Program-made: the position numbers and the translations under genes | Origin: Candidatus Latescibacterota bacterium | GTDB lineage: Bacteria; Latescibacterota; MVCY01; DTYK01 | Assembly: GCA_012961925.1 (NCBI GenBank) | Contig: DTYK01000230.1 | Location: 797-64,796, forward strand | Length of the DNA: 64,000 bases | Direction of reading: 5' to 3' | Shown here: positions 1-10,003 of the stretch, piece by piece | How positions within the stretch are numbered: position 1 is the stretch's first letter | Layout: the number at the start of each line of letters is the position of its first letter | The notes under the pieces: model-generated | Databases searched by the model: none | Told to the model about the DNA's origin: nothing | Seen by the model: the letters and a program-made list of their open reading frames with translations, nothing else

Positions 1-350
1 TCTTCATTAAAGACGGAATTGCACAAGATATCGGAGAGCACGTCCAAGGCAACTGGCAGATACTCATCCAGAACTCTGGCATAATAACAGGTGAGATCAC
101 GCCCGGTGAAAGCATTGAGCTGCCCCCCAAGCGACTCCAAACTTTGAGCGATCTGAAAGGCATCTCTTTTAACCGTGCCCTTAAAAAACATGTGTTCTAA
201 GAAATGGGAGACCCCGTTTTTCGAGGGGGTTTCATCCTTCGAGCCGGAATTGATCCAGATGCCAAGGGAAACCGAACGGACATAAGGGATATATTCGGTA
301 ATGACCCTTATGCCATTACTAAGCACCGATTTCTGATAATGTGTCGTCAT
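1..350 (-). CDS. M16 family zinc peptidase (insulinase-like), N-terminal part; gene continues beyond window start
   Basis: Minus-strand translation of 1-350 gives MTTHYQKSVLSNGIRVITEYIPYVRSVSLGIWINSGSKDE...GVSHFLEHMFFKGT, the HxxEH-type M16 N-terminal signature. ATG at 348-350. Position downstream of pnp is typical. Confidence 0.8.
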   Translation of the reverse strand, partial: MTTHYQKSVLSNGIRVITEYIPYVRSVSLGIWINSGSKDETPSKNGVSHFLEHMFFKGTVKRDAFQIAQSLESLGGQLNAFTGRDLTCYYARVLDEYLPVALDVLSDILCNSVFNE

Positions 351-439
351 TTTACCTCTAATCGAATAAAAAGATGAGACGGAGAGATGGCATCCTCCCC
401 GTCTTCTATCGGTTTAAATTCATCTTATAGATTGAAGGA

Positions 440-2563
440 TCAGTTTTTTTTGCTCCTCTTATCATGGATCTTTAGCCGCCTCTGGTCACCCAAAAGTGCA
501 GCCTTTTTGCTCAATTTTATCTTGCCCGAACCGTCGATCCCTAACACCTTTACCAGAACCTCTTCTCCGACTTTAAGGACATCTTCTACTTTTTCTACGC
601 GTTGAGGTGCAAGCTCGGATATATGTAGCAGACCCTCCTTGCCAGGCAATATTTCGACGAAGGCACCGAACGGAGTGATCCGTTTAACCCTCCCTGTGTA
701 AAGTTCGCCTATTTCTGGCTCCTCGACAATTTTCTGGATCATTTCAAACGCCCGTTCGCTTGCAGATTTGTCAACCGAGGCGATCGTTACAGTGCCGTCA
801 TCCTCTATATCTATCCTCGCACCGGTCTGCTGAGTGATCTCACGGATTGTCTTACCTCCTGTACCGATCACTTCGCCGATCTTCGCCGGGTTAATCTTAA
901 AGGAAACAATCCTCGGCGCGTAGATGGAGAGCTCGGATCTGGGGTTGGGAAGTGTTTGCTCCATTATGTCAAGTATCTGAAGCCTTGCTTGCCTTGCTCT
1001 GATAAGCGTCTCTCTTATAATGTCCAGATTGATATCTCTTATCTTTGTGTCGAGTTGGAAGGCAGTTATACCCTTGCGAGTACCCGCTATCTTAAAGTCC
1101 ATATCTCCAATATGATCCTCGGTGCCGATGATGTCCGTCAGGATGGCGACCTTTTCGCCCTCTTTGATAAGACCCATAGCCACACCTGCCACATGGGTCT
1201 TGATCGGGATCCCGGCATCCATCAAGGAGAGGGACCCAGCGCATACCGTTGCCATTGAAGAGGACCCATTTGATTCGAGTATATCCGACACTATTCGGAT
1301 AGTATAAGGAAAAACATCATCACTTGGTATGACAGGTTCCAAGGCACGCTCTGCCAGATTCCCATGTCCCACCTCCCTGCGGGTTACACCCCTGAGGGGA
1401 CGGACTTCTCCTACACTGAACGGAGGAAAGTTATAGTGAAGCATATAGCTTTTCCAGGATTCTCCTTCAAGGGCTTCTATCTTCTGTTCGTCAAATTTTG
1501 TACCCAAAGTAGTCGTAGCCAAGCTCTGTGTCTCGCCCCTCGTGAAGAGAGCAGAACCGTGGGTTCTTGGCAACACACCCACTTCGCAGGTAATGGGCCG
1601 GAGTTCATCAAGCCCCCTGCCATCCACCCGCCGTCTCTCTCCGAGGATCATCCGGCGCACCTGTTCCTTCTCAATCTCGGTGATCTTCGCAACGATCAAC
1701 TCCTCACTCTCAGGATACTCTTCTGAAAGGGCGGCAATAGCCTCCTGAGCTATCTCATCGAGAGCACTCTGCCTCTCCTCTTTGTGCGGGATAAGGCTTG
1801 CCGAGATTATCTTATCCCAGCAGAGCTTTCGAAGCGACATTTCAAGGCCAGAGCTATCAGGTTCTTCAGGTGGAGGTGCCTTGGGCTTACCACAGAGCTC
1901 CTTAAGCTTCTCCTGGAGGTCGCATACCTTTTTTATCTCTTGAGAGGCCAGCTCTAAAGCCTCAACAAACTCCTCCTCGGATATCTCCTTTGCTCTTCCT
2001 TCAAGCTGGATGATGGCCTCTGGCGTGCCAGTCACTAATAGGTCTAACCGGCTCTCATCCAGTTGCTGAAAGGTTGGATTCAGAATGAGGTGATCTCCAA
2101 CTTTACCAATGCGGACAGCGCCCAGCACATGGTAGAAGGGTATGGGTGATATGGCCAGGGCTGCAGAAGCACCGATCAATCCAGGAATATCTGCGTCGTT
2201 CTCCTGGTCTGCGGAGAGAACCGTCACAATTATCTGCACCTCACGGTCATAATTCTTCGGGAATAACGGCCTTATCGGGCGATCTATAGATCGTGCCGAA
2301 AGGATCTCCCACTCATTTGGCCGCCCCTCTCTCTTGAAGAACCCCCCTGGGATCTTGCCCGCAGCATATGATTTCTCCCTGAACTCGACGGTAAGGGGGA
2401 AAAACCCTCTTGCCGCCACCGGTTCCTTGGAAGCCACCACCGTTGCGAGTACAACTGTATCACCGTACCTGGCAAGCACGGCTCCATCGGCCTGTCTGGC
2501 AACCCTTCCAGACTCAACCGAAAGCTTCCGCTCACCGACCTCCATCTCAACATTATGAATCAT
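440..2563 (-). CDS. pnp: polynucleotide phosphorylase (PNPase)
   Basis: 733-aa ORF with RNase PH domains, KH and C-terminal S1 domain. The likely start is the internal Met at 2563 (MIHNVEMEVGERKL..), which has a GGAG Shine-Dalgarno; the ORF M1 at 2641 would leave only 3 nt after the rpsO stop. Confidence 0.9.
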   Translation of the reverse strand: MIHNVEMEVGERKLSVESGRVARQADGAVLARYGDTVVLATVVASKEPVAARGFFPLTVEFREKSYAAGKIPGGFFKREGRPNEWEILSARSIDRPIRPLFPKNYDREVQIIVTVLSADQENDADIPGLIGASAALAISPIPFYHVLGAVRIGKVGDHLILNPTFQQLDESRLDLLVTGTPEAIIQLEGRAKEISEEEFVEALELASQEIKKVCDLQEKLKELCGKPKAPPPEEPDSSGLEMSLRKLCWDKIISASLIPHKEERQSALDEIAQEAIAALSEEYPESEELIVAKITEIEKEQVRRMILGERRRVDGRGLDELRPITCEVGVLPRTHGSALFTRGETQSLATTTLGTKFDEQKIEALEGESWKSYMLHYNFPPFSVGEVRPLRGVTRREVGHGNLAERALEPVIPSDDVFPYTIRIVSDILESNGSSSMATVCAGSLSLMDAGIPIKTHVAGVAMGLIKEGEKVAILTDIIGTEDHIGDMDFKIAGTRKGITAFQLDTKIRDINLDIIRETLIRARQARLQILDIMEQTLPNPRSELSIYAPRIVSFKINPAKIGEVIGTGGKTIREITQQTGARIDIEDDGTVTIASVDKSASERAFEMIQKIVEEPEIGELYTGRVKRITPFGAFVEILPGKEGLLHISELAPQRVEKVEDVLKVGEEVLVKVLGIDGSGKIKLSKKAALLGDQRRLKIHDKRSKKN

Positions 2564-2589
2564 TCCAATCTCCAGACGCTCCATTATTA

Positions 2590-2630
2590 ACAGAGCCAAG
2601 CCTCCAACCATATCGAGGCAAAAGCTCTGT
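2590..2630 (-). promoter_or_regulatory. rpsO-pnp intergenic hairpin (ACAGAGC...GCTCTGT), candidate rpsO terminator / RNase III processing stem
   Basis: 7-bp inverted repeat with U-rich 3' flank on the minus strand, in the 81-nt rpsO-pnp spacer. The analogous hairpin is known in the E. coli rpsO-pnp operon. Confidence 0.35.
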
Positions 2631-2644
2631 AGGAAGTGCATTTT

Positions 2645-2917
2645 TCAGTGTCTGAGCCCTAATTGTTCAATAAGAGACCGGTATCTTTCAGGATCTTTAT
2701 AATGAAGATACTTGAGCAACCTCCTTCGTTGTCCAACCAGCTTTAACAAGCCCTGACGGGAATGGTAATCCTTCTTGTGAATTCTAAAATGTTCAGTAAG
2801 TATCTCGATGCGCTTCGATATTAGGGCGATCTGGACCTCGGGCGACCCTGTATCCTCCGCCCATCGCCCGAAATTGGCGATGATCTCTTTTTTTTGTTCT
2901 TTTGTCAGCGGCATCAC
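2645..2917 (-). CDS. rpsO: 30S ribosomal protein S15
   Basis: 90-aa protein, [16 protein letters not shown]...[25 protein letters not shown], canonical S15. Confidence 0.95.
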   Translation of the reverse strand: MMPLTKEQKKEIIANFGRWAEDTGSPEVQIALISKRIEILTEHFRIHKKDYHSRQGLLKLVGQRRRLLKYLHYKDPERYRSLIEQLGLRH

Positions 2918-2985
2918 TGATTCTCCTTTCCTAACCGCAATGGACCTCCAGGTTTGATTTAGGTCATTTCGGATTTTGATATCGT

Positions 2986-3933
2986 TTAGGGTTTAGTATT
3001 CAATATTTCGGCAGCAGCTTTCACATCGGCCTCTATCTGTCTGGCCAGATCCCTTTCTTTCATGAATCTTATCTCGTCCCTTAACCTAGCAACTATCCGA
3101 ACATCGATTTGCAAACCATATAGATCGCCGTTGAACTCGAGCAGATGGACTTCGATCGATTGTGGCCCTTCTCCAAAACTGGGGTGTTTGCCTATGTTCA
3201 TCACACCTGCCCTACGTCCTTCCGGGAGGATTACCCACACGGCATAAACACCGTCACGGGGGATGAGTTTTCTTGAATGGTTCACTTTCAAATTTGCGGT
3301 CGGGAAGCCCAATCTTCTGCCGATACCTTTACCACCACCAACAAAGGCCGTCAGTGAATAGTTGCGGCCCAACAGTTCAGATGCCTTCTCGATTTCCCCC
3401 TGGGCTATAAGGTTTCTTATCCGTGTGCTGCTTACCGGTTGGCCCGCGATAAAGACGGGCGGAACAACAATTACTTCAAAGCCCACTCGTTTGCCGACGA
3501 GTTCTAAATCCTGTGGAACCCCCCTGCGTCCCTTACCGAAGGCATGGTTGTACCCGACAACAAGTTCCTTTACGCCAATCTTGTCAATCAATACTTTTTC
3601 AACGAACTCTTCTGGTTCGGACTTTGAGAATTCCAGGGTAAAGGGATGGACAACTGCGGCATGAATGCCATGAAGGGCAAATAACTTCAATTTCTCCTCT
3701 TTGGTCGTCAGAAGCGGTGGGGCTGTATCCGGGGCAATCACCTGCTGAGGATGCGGGTCAAAGGTGAGGACAACAGCAGTACCCCCCTTTGCTGTGGCTC
3801 TACTTGCAACCTCCTTCAGAACAGAAGAATGACCCATATGAACTCCATCGAAGGTACCTACGCTCACCACCGGGTAGAAACCAAGATCTCCTATTTTCTC
3901 AATATTTTCTATCGTCCTCATTGTAAAACACAC
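2986..3933 (-). CDS. ribF: bifunctional riboflavin kinase / FMN adenylyltransferase
   Basis: [10 protein letters not shown] nucleotidyltransferase motif at the N-terminus and a C-terminal riboflavin kinase domain. Conserved truB-ribF-rpsO context. Confidence 0.9.
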   Translation of the reverse strand: MCFTMRTIENIEKIGDLGFYPVVSVGTFDGVHMGHSSVLKEVASRATAKGGTAVVLTFDPHPQQVIAPDTAPPLLTTKEEKLKLFALHGIHAAVVHPFTLEFSKSEPEEFVEKVLIDKIGVKELVVGYNHAFGKGRRGVPQDLELVGKRVGFEVIVVPPVFIAGQPVSSTRIRNLIAQGEIEKASELLGRNYSLTAFVGGGKGIGRRLGFPTANLKVNHSRKLIPRDGVYAVWVILPEGRRAGVMNIGKHPSFGEGPQSIEVHLLEFNGDLYGLQIDVRIVARLRDEIRFMKERDLARQIEADVKAAAEILNTKP

Positions 3934-4832
3934 ACGGGTCGCATCATATTCTGCGCAAGGTCAAGCTTGGCGACGCCTAACAGGTGACCTTCGCTATTCC
4001 TCACCCTAACTGTCGTCGCTCCATCAAAGGTAGTGGATAGCTTCAAAGCACCACCGTGTTTGAATCTGTCAGCCTCATCCGGATTGAGCTTCACATATGG
4101 AAATCTCTTCAGAGCATCATCAATAGACATGATGTTTGGAGCAAGATCACCTGCCTTTGCGAGAACCGTAATGTCCTCGACGCTTAGGGCTCTATCGATT
4201 GTGAACTCCCCTGACCTAACCCGACGTAGACCCGATAGGTGGCCCCCACACCCCAATTTCCCACCTATATCTGCTGCTAAGGTCCTTATATAGGTGCCCC
4301 TTGAGCAGACAACCCTCAGCACCAGTGACGGAGGCTGCCAGTTAACGACTTCTATCTCGTAAATATTGACCCTGCGGGGCGAAGGATGAACAGCTCTACC
4401 CTTTCTGGCCAACTGGTAAAGCCTTTGTCCTCCAATTTTTACCGCTGAGTAAACAGGCGGTATCTGTTCGATCTCGCCTTCAAAGCCTTTACATATTGCC
4501 TTTATTGAATCAAGACTGGTCCAGGGCACCTCAGTTATTTTCTCAACGCGGCCTTCGGCATCCAATGTATCTGTGGAGATACCAAGCCGAATCTCTGCAA
4601 TGTACTCTTTCTGGTTATCATCAAGGAAACGGAGGATCCTGGTGGCCTTCCCTATTAAGATGACAAGCACCCCTGTAGCAGCAGGGTCCAAGGTACCAGT
4701 ATGACCTATCTTTCTGACCCCCAATATGCTACGCAGCTTCGCCACCACATCATGGGAGGTCCAACCGAGTTCTTTATTCACAATCAGGACCCCATCCATA
4801 TTTGATATATCGCTTCCGAAATAAGATACCAT
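3918..4832 (-). CDS. truB: tRNA pseudouridine(55) synthase
   Basis: GHTGTLDPAATGVL catalytic motif; PUA-like C-terminus. Confidence 0.9.
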   Translation of the reverse strand: MVSYFGSDISNMDGVLIVNKELGWTSHDVVAKLRSILGVRKIGHTGTLDPAATGVLVILIGKATRILRFLDDNQKEYIAEIRLGISTDTLDAEGRVEKITEVPWTSLDSIKAICKGFEGEIEQIPPVYSAVKIGGQRLYQLARKGRAVHPSPRRVNIYEIEVVNWQPPSLVLRVVCSRGTYIRTLAADIGGKLGCGGHLSGLRRVRSGEFTIDRALSVEDITVLAKAGDLAPNIMSIDDALKRFPYVKLNPDEADRFKHGGALKLSTTFDGATTVRVRNSEGHLLGVAKLDLAQNMMRPVCVLQ

Positions 4833-4856
4833 TTACTATGGTTAATTTTGAACTAT

Positions 4857-5234
4857 TTATGCGTTGTCCTCTAATTCAGGATTTGCGATCGGGGCTTGGG
4901 CAAGTTGGTCGAGAATGGCATTGATTCGGGATCCGTGTTCTATTGAATCATCGTGGTAGAAGACGATCTCCGGTATACGTTTCAGGCGAATCCTGAGCCC
5001 AAGTTGTCCGCGGATGAACTTTGAAGCCCAATTGAGACCATTGATCGTCTCCTCCTTCTCCCTTAAGCTTCCGAAAACACTCACAAAGACTTTTGCACGT
5101 TTGAGATCGTTGGAGACGTCCACCCGTGTGATCGTGACAAAACCTATCCTTGGATCCCCTATCTTCCCCTTGATAATACTGGAAAGCTCATCGCGGATGA
5201 GCCCATTTATTCTTTCAATTCGTATGTGGTTCAT
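4857..5234 (-). CDS. rbfA: ribosome-binding factor A
   Basis: 125-aa protein with RbfA-type sequence (RINGLIRDELSSII..VTITRVDVSNDLKRAKVFVS). Confidence 0.9.
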   Translation of the reverse strand: MNHIRIERINGLIRDELSSIIKGKIGDPRIGFVTITRVDVSNDLKRAKVFVSVFGSLREKEETINGLNWASKFIRGQLGLRIRLKRIPEIVFYHDDSIEHGSRINAILDQLAQAPIANPELEDNA

Positions 5235-5259
5235 AGTGGTTTTAAGATTATATAACTTC

Positions 5260-5565
5260 CTACTTCATCTCCAGAGTGTAGTCAAGGAGCTGTACCCGTC
5301 GGTCGTTTTCAATAAGTTTTATCACGTTAGAAATGACTTGATTAGCATGCTTCGTCCCGTTAGAAACGACGGCCACTCCAAGGACCGCCTTTTGCCATAA
5401 ATCGTTATCTTCCACTTCAGCGACGGAGACATTAAATTTGTTGCTGATCTGGGCTTTGAGGCTGTTCAGAACGTACCTTTTCTCTTTTAAAGACCTGCTA
5501 TCCGAGATAAGCACCTCTATCCTGCATACCCCAATGATCAATCTCCCCCCCTTGCAGACAGACAA
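5260..5565 (-). CDS. DUF503 family protein (YlxP-like)
   Basis: 101-aa protein between infB and rbfA, the same position as B. subtilis ylxP. Confidence 0.7.
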   Translation of the reverse strand: MSVCKGGRLIIGVCRIEVLISDSRSLKEKRYVLNSLKAQISNKFNVSVAEVEDNDLWQKAVLGVAVVSNGTKHANQVISNVIKLIENDRRVQLLDYTLEMK

Positions 5566-5662
5566 ACTAATTACTCAACCTCTTGCAGAATATGTGACTG
5601 AACAATGAACTCTTGTAGCGATCGATAGACCCCTCTGTTTTGTGAAACATTCACAGGTCCTT

Positions 5663-7882
5663 CTATTTCAGTTCTCTGACGGTCTCGGTGACCTCGAAGA
5701 CCTCAAGGAGATCGTTTTCCCTGATATCGTCAGATCCTTCAATCCCCACTCCGCATTCGTATCCCGTACTCACCTCTTTGACATCATCCTTAAACCTTTT
5801 AAGAGAGGTTATAGAACCCTCAAAGATTACAGCACCATCTCTCAGGACTCGTACTGATAAGCCTCTTCGTATCACTCCCGACTGTACATAACAGCCTGCG
5901 ATCGTTCCAACCTTAGGAATCCTGAAGACCTGACGCACCGAAGCTGTGCCGATCACCTTCTCCTGGATCTCAGGCGCAAGCAGACCGGAGAGAGCGGCCT
6001 TCACATCATCGATTGCGTCATAGATGATCTGATAGAACCTTATGTCAACCTGTTCCTTAGTAGCAAGATCCCGAGCTCTGGCCTCTGCTCTGACGTTAAA
6101 ACCGATAATTATGGCATTGGACGCCGCTGCTAATAGAACATCTGATTCGGCGACAGCACCGACCCCCCGATGGATCACCCTGACAGTAACTTCTTCATTG
6201 CCAAGCTGCATCAAGGAGTCACTAAGGGCCTCTACAGATCCATCCACATCAGCTTTTACGATGAGAGAAAGGTCTTTGATCCGTCCTTCCTTTATCTGTT
6301 GAGAAATATCGCCCAGCGTCGGTCTCTTAACCCTTCGATGATCCTGTTCTCTTTTCAGAAGCTGCCTCTTCTGACTGATGAGTTTTGCCTCCCGCTCCGA
6401 AGAAAGTACATAGAAGGAGTCGCCTGCCTGTGGTATGCCTTCAATACCGAGGATCTGCACAGGAGATGAGGGCCCAGCTTCTTTCAACTGGTAGCCGCGT
6501 TCGTTGAACAGAGCGCGGACTCGCCCACTTGACAGTCCAACCACAAAGGGATCTCCAATCCCCAAGGTTCCGTCCTGTACAAGTACGGTTGCGATGCAAC
6601 CACGTCCTCTGTCGAGCCTGGCCTCTATGATTGTGCCCTTTGCCTTTCTGTGGGGGTTTGCCTTTAGTTCCAGCATCTCTGCTTCCAGGAGCAACATGTC
6701 CAAGAGTTTATCGATACCTTTTCCAGTTTTAGCTGAAACCTCTGCTGCTAAGGTCTTTCCCCCCCATCCTTCGACCAGAAGACCATGATCAGCGAGTTGT
6801 TGTTTTACAGCATCAGGGTTGGCCTTGGGAAGGTCGACCTTATTTATTGCCACAACAATCGGAACACCCGCTGCCCTGGCATGATCTATTGCCTCGACCG
6901 TCTGAGGCATCACACCCGAGTCCGCAGCCACGACGAGAACCACTATGTCTGTCACCTGCGCCCCCCTTGCCCGCATCGCCGTAAATGCTTCATGCCCTGG
7001 TGTATCGAGAAAGGTAACCTTGCCACCTTCAAGTTCCACCTCATAGGCACCGATGTGTTGGGTGATGCCACCCACCTCACCAGCTATGATATTGCTTTTT
7101 CTGATGTAATCTAACAGAGAGGTCTTTCCATGGTCAACATGGCCCATAATGGTCACTACTGGGGGTCTGGGCTGAAGCATGTCTTCATCCACTTCCTCTT
7201 CCTCTTTCTCCAAAAGATCTTCAGCATATTCTCCCAGAGGTTCGACCTCAAATCCAAACTCGTCGGCCACCATAGCAATTGTATCCATATCCAGCCTCTG
7301 GTTGATGGTGACCACAAGACCCATCTCCAGACATTTTGATATGACCTCGGATGTCTTAACACCCATCAGCGCTGCCAGTTCTGCAATTGAGGTGAATTCG
7401 CTGACCCTGAGGAGATTCCTCTCCTCTTCGACCTCTTCCCCCTGTCGTTGGATCTTCGGGCGCCTCTTTTTCCCTCTCACACCACTCTCTATCTGAGCAA
7501 GGGTCTTTCTGATGTTCTCCTCCACAATCTTCTGGTCAACCTCTCGCCTTTTCAAGCGAGATTTCCTTCTGTTCCTGAATCTTGACGGTCCAACAACCTG
7601 TTCCTTCTTCTTTCGTCTTTTCTTCTTCTGATCGGATGGAGCGGAGACTTTGGCAACAACGGTTTTCGTTCGTTCTTCCGTTCGCTTCTTCTTGCGCTTT
7701 ATTTCACGCCTGAACTCCTCCTTTTCCTCCTCAAACTTCTTGTGTATCTGTTCAGCCATCTTTTCATCAACGATACTCATGTAGCCTTTCACATCAAAAC
7801 CCATATCCTTAAGCATCGCTATCAGAGCATCGCTGGATATGTGATACTCCTTTGCTACTTGATGTACCCTCTTTTTCTCCAA
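5663..7882 (-). CDS. infB: translation initiation factor IF-2
   Basis: 739-aa protein with a Lys/Arg/Glu-rich N-terminal region and a GTPase domain ([24 protein letters not shown]). Confidence 0.95.
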   Translation of the reverse strand: MEKKRVHQVAKEYHISSDALIAMLKDMGFDVKGYMSIVDEKMAEQIHKKFEEEKEEFRREIKRKKKRTEERTKTVVAKVSAPSDQKKKRRKKKEQVVGPSRFRNRRKSRLKRREVDQKIVEENIRKTLAQIESGVRGKKRRPKIQRQGEEVEEERNLLRVSEFTSIAELAALMGVKTSEVISKCLEMGLVVTINQRLDMDTIAMVADEFGFEVEPLGEYAEDLLEKEEEEVDEDMLQPRPPVVTIMGHVDHGKTSLLDYIRKSNIIAGEVGGITQHIGAYEVELEGGKVTFLDTPGHEAFTAMRARGAQVTDIVVLVVAADSGVMPQTVEAIDHARAAGVPIVVAINKVDLPKANPDAVKQQLADHGLLVEGWGGKTLAAEVSAKTGKGIDKLLDMLLLEAEMLELKANPHRKAKGTIIEARLDRGRGCIATVLVQDGTLGIGDPFVVGLSSGRVRALFNERGYQLKEAGPSSPVQILGIEGIPQAGDSFYVLSSEREAKLISQKRQLLKREQDHRRVKRPTLGDISQQIKEGRIKDLSLIVKADVDGSVEALSDSLMQLGNEEVTVRVIHRGVGAVAESDVLLAAASNAIIIGFNVRAEARARDLATKEQVDIRFYQIIYDAIDDVKAALSGLLAPEIQEKVIGTASVRQVFRIPKVGTIAGCYVQSGVIRRGLSVRVLRDGAVIFEGSITSLKRFKDDVKEVSTGYECGVGIEGSDDIRENDLLEVFEVTETVRELK

Positions 7883-7925
7883 AGAAACACACCTCCGTTC
7901 CGGGTAGCGGATCTTAATAAGTCAT

Positions 7926-9194
7926 CTAACCCTTATCGACGTTTTGCATCTCTGTCGATGTCATCTTTGATCCAAGTATCTCTTTTGTCTGTTGGAATAA
8001 TATCTCTGCCCTTGCCTTTCCTATACCGGGGATCTTAATGAGCTCCTCAAGATTACGTTTCGCAAGATCTTGAACAGATTTTATGCCTGCATCGGCAAGC
8101 TTCTTAGCCAGTTTTTCCCCAATCCCCTTAAGGGCGCTGAGAGGAATCGCCTCTTTCCGCTCCCGATATTCTTCTTCGCTTATTATGTCTACCCTCCATC
8201 CGGTCAGCATAGATGCCAGGCGGACATTCTGTCCCGCCTTACCAATTGCGAGGGAGAGTTGGTTCCCTGGTACAACAGCAATCATCCTGTGATTAGGCTC
8301 ATCCACATCCACCTTTGAGACAATGGCTGGGCTTAGGGCTCTCGCAAGAAAAACAGCTGGATCTGGGCTCCACTGGATGATATCTACCTGTTCGTTGTTC
8401 AGCTCCCTCACCACCGCCTGTACACGAGACCCTTTCATCCCGACGCAAGCGCCAACAGGATCTATTCTTGCATCAGTGGAGGCAACAGCTATCTTAGCTC
8501 TCTCCCCTGCTTCTCTTGCAACCGTTTTTATCTGTACAATCCCCTCATAGATCTCGGGCACCTCGAGTTGAAACAGACGTTCAAGGAAACGCGGATGTGT
8601 CCGGGATAGTATAATCTGAGGGCCCTTCGTTGTCTTAGTCACATCGACCAAATAGGCCCTTATTGTATCACCCTGGCGGTATCTCTCCTTCCTAATCTGT
8701 TCTGTAATCGGGATGATCCCCTCTCCCCTGCCAAGGTTTACGATCAGGTCTCCATGGTTAATCTGCTGGACGCTTCCGATGAGGATGTCACCCACCTTCT
8801 CCTGGAATTCTCGGTATATCCTCTCTCGCTCCGCCTCTTTAACCCTCTGGATAAGGATCTGTTTTGCCGCCTGGACTGCTCCCCTACCAAAATCGGCAAA
8901 GTTCAACTCTTTTTTAACTTCATCTCCAACCTGTGCCTCAGGGTTGAGCTTACGTGCCTCCTCAAGTGGGATCTCGAGGGCGGGATTCTTAACCTCCGAA
9001 ACAACCGTCTTCCTCGCGTATATCTCTACCTCACCGGTCTTATTATCAACACTGACCTCGATATTTACAGCGGTACCAAACCGTTTTTTGGCCGCCGAAA
9101 GCAGTCCTGCCTGAAGCGTCTCAATGACCAACTCCCGACTAACGTTCTTCTCCCGAGCGATCTGTCCAATAGCCTCAAGGATCTCGTAATTCAT
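7926..9194 (-). CDS. nusA: transcription termination/antitermination factor NusA
   Basis: NusA N-terminal domain, S1 and KH domains, and a C-terminal acidic repeat. Start taken at the internal ATG at 9194 (MNYEILEAIGQIAREKNV); the ORF-track N-terminal extension is non-homologous. Confidence 0.9.
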   Translation of the reverse strand: MNYEILEAIGQIAREKNVSRELVIETLQAGLLSAAKKRFGTAVNIEVSVDNKTGEVEIYARKTVVSEVKNPALEIPLEEARKLNPEAQVGDEVKKELNFADFGRGAVQAAKQILIQRVKEAERERIYREFQEKVGDILIGSVQQINHGDLIVNLGRGEGIIPITEQIRKERYRQGDTIRAYLVDVTKTTKGPQIILSRTHPRFLERLFQLEVPEIYEGIVQIKTVAREAGERAKIAVASTDARIDPVGACVGMKGSRVQAVVRELNNEQVDIIQWSPDPAVFLARALSPAIVSKVDVDEPNHRMIAVVPGNQLSLAIGKAGQNVRLASMLTGWRVDIISEEEYRERKEAIPLSALKGIGEKLAKKLADAGIKSVQDLAKRNLEELIKIPGIGKARAEILFQQTKEILGSKMTSTEMQNVDKG

Positions 9195-9249
9195 AGTACA
9201 TATGTCTCCCAAAATGAAAAACCTTCTTACAGTTCTTATCCTTCCTTTG

Positions 9250-9277
9250 GTTACTTTTCTTCTAAAAGAAAAGTAAC
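9250..9277 (-). promoter_or_regulatory. perfect 12-bp hairpin (GTTACTTTTCTT-CTAA-AAGAAAAGTAAC) in the rimP-nusA intergenic region
   Basis: Perfect inverted repeat read directly in the 173-nt rimP-nusA spacer. Candidate intra-operon attenuator or processing site; no U-run follows. Confidence 0.3.
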
Positions 9278-9367
9278 GCATCCTTCAAAACTTGACATAA
9301 ATTTTAAAATCTTGCTTTATGAAGACGAGTAGTTAAAAGTCATCCCCTCCCAGGGTGATCAGGCTAT

Positions 9368-9652
9368 TTAGTCTGAAGAGATGTTGTCAGGCTTGATACC
9401 GGGCGAGGACACCTCCAGCATATACCGCCCCTCGATCACATCCTCCATATCAAGGATATCGCTGATCTTCCTGCTGACACCGGCGCAATCCTCTACTGTC
9501 ACTCCGCCCGGTCTATCGATAAATATGCGAAGCCGGCGTCCTTTACCGAAACCTGCAAGTTTTATGTCAACCAACGTGACCGACTCGGCGGCAAGGACCG
9601 GTAATATAAGCTTCCGGATTTTTTCAATCAGATATGTATCAGCACCAGACAT
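9368..9652 (-). CDS. rimP: ribosome maturation factor RimP (short, 94 aa; C-terminal domain apparently absent)
   Basis: The N-terminal RimP domain is clearly recognisable (..LEVSSPGI..). The ORF stops after 94 aa, and no continuation was found in the RimP frame before nusA (other frames were not translated). Confidence 0.7.
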   Translation of the reverse strand: MSGADTYLIEKIRKLILPVLAAESVTLVDIKLAGFGKGRRLRIFIDRPGGVTVEDCAGVSRKISDILDMEDVIEGRYMLEVSSPGIKPDNISSD

Positions 9653-9675
9653 TCTGGAAGCGCCCTCATAATCAA

Positions 9676-9702
9676 AAAGTGGGTTCTGCGTTCACCCACT
9701 TT
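9676..9702 (-). promoter_or_regulatory. leader hairpin (AAAGTGGGT-N9-ACCCACTTT) followed by a U-run, 24 nt upstream of the rimP start; candidate attenuator of the rimP-nusA-infB operon
   Basis: 9-bp perfect inverted repeat. On the minus strand it is followed by UUUUUGAUUAUG, and it sits just downstream of the predicted minus-strand promoter. Confidence 0.4.
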
Positions 9703-9713
9703 GGCAAGAGATA

Positions 9714-9742
9714 AATATAAAACATTCTTTTTGATAAAGCAA
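9714..9742 (-). promoter_or_regulatory. sigma70-like promoter for the rimP-nusA-infB operon (-35 TTGCTT, 17-bp spacer, -10 TATATT)
   Basis: Read from the minus strand: TTGCTT-tatcaaaaagaatgttt-TATATT. Confidence 0.4.
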
Positions 9743-9807
9743 GAAAAAATTTAATTTGAAGGCAGGTATTTCCCTCAATGCACTATCGGGGTTACTACAA
9801 AAAGAGC

Positions 9808-9836
9808 TTGACCTCCCTGACCGTTTATGTTATCAT
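9808..9836 (+). promoter_or_regulatory. sigma70-like promoter for glnA (-35 TTGACC, 17-bp spacer, -10 TATCAT), with a ~170-nt leader
   Basis: TTGACC at 9808-9813, TATCAT at 9831-9836, divergent from the rimP promoter. Confidence 0.45.
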
Positions 9837-10003
9837 TTACTGTGTCGGACGAGCATGGTAACCCGTATGCCTGTCCCCATCATAATCGATTGAACATATT
9901 GAGCCGAAGAATCATCAATTGAATTCGTTGCGTCCTTTGTGTCTTCGTGATGATAAACTTAATGTAGTAGTATTAACACGGGAAACAGAAAAGGAGGAAT
10001 CGG

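Noticed and set aside
9195-9367. Searched for a frameshifted RimP C-terminal (Sm-like) domain downstream of the short rimP ORF
   Set aside because: The RimP frame terminates again after 11 codons (IALITLGGDDF*), and a lower-case scan of the spacer showed no conspicuous longer ORF (its three frames were not translated). The spacer instead holds AT-rich sequence and the perfect 12-bp hairpin.
9837-10003. Possible glutamine riboswitch or other structured leader in the ~170-nt glnA 5' UTR
   Set aside because: I could not find the conserved glnA-RNA-motif core or convincing paired elements. Only AT-rich sequence and ATTGAA repeats are present, and no GlnR/TnrA (TGTNA-N7-TNACA) or NtcA (GTA-N8-TAC) box is evident.
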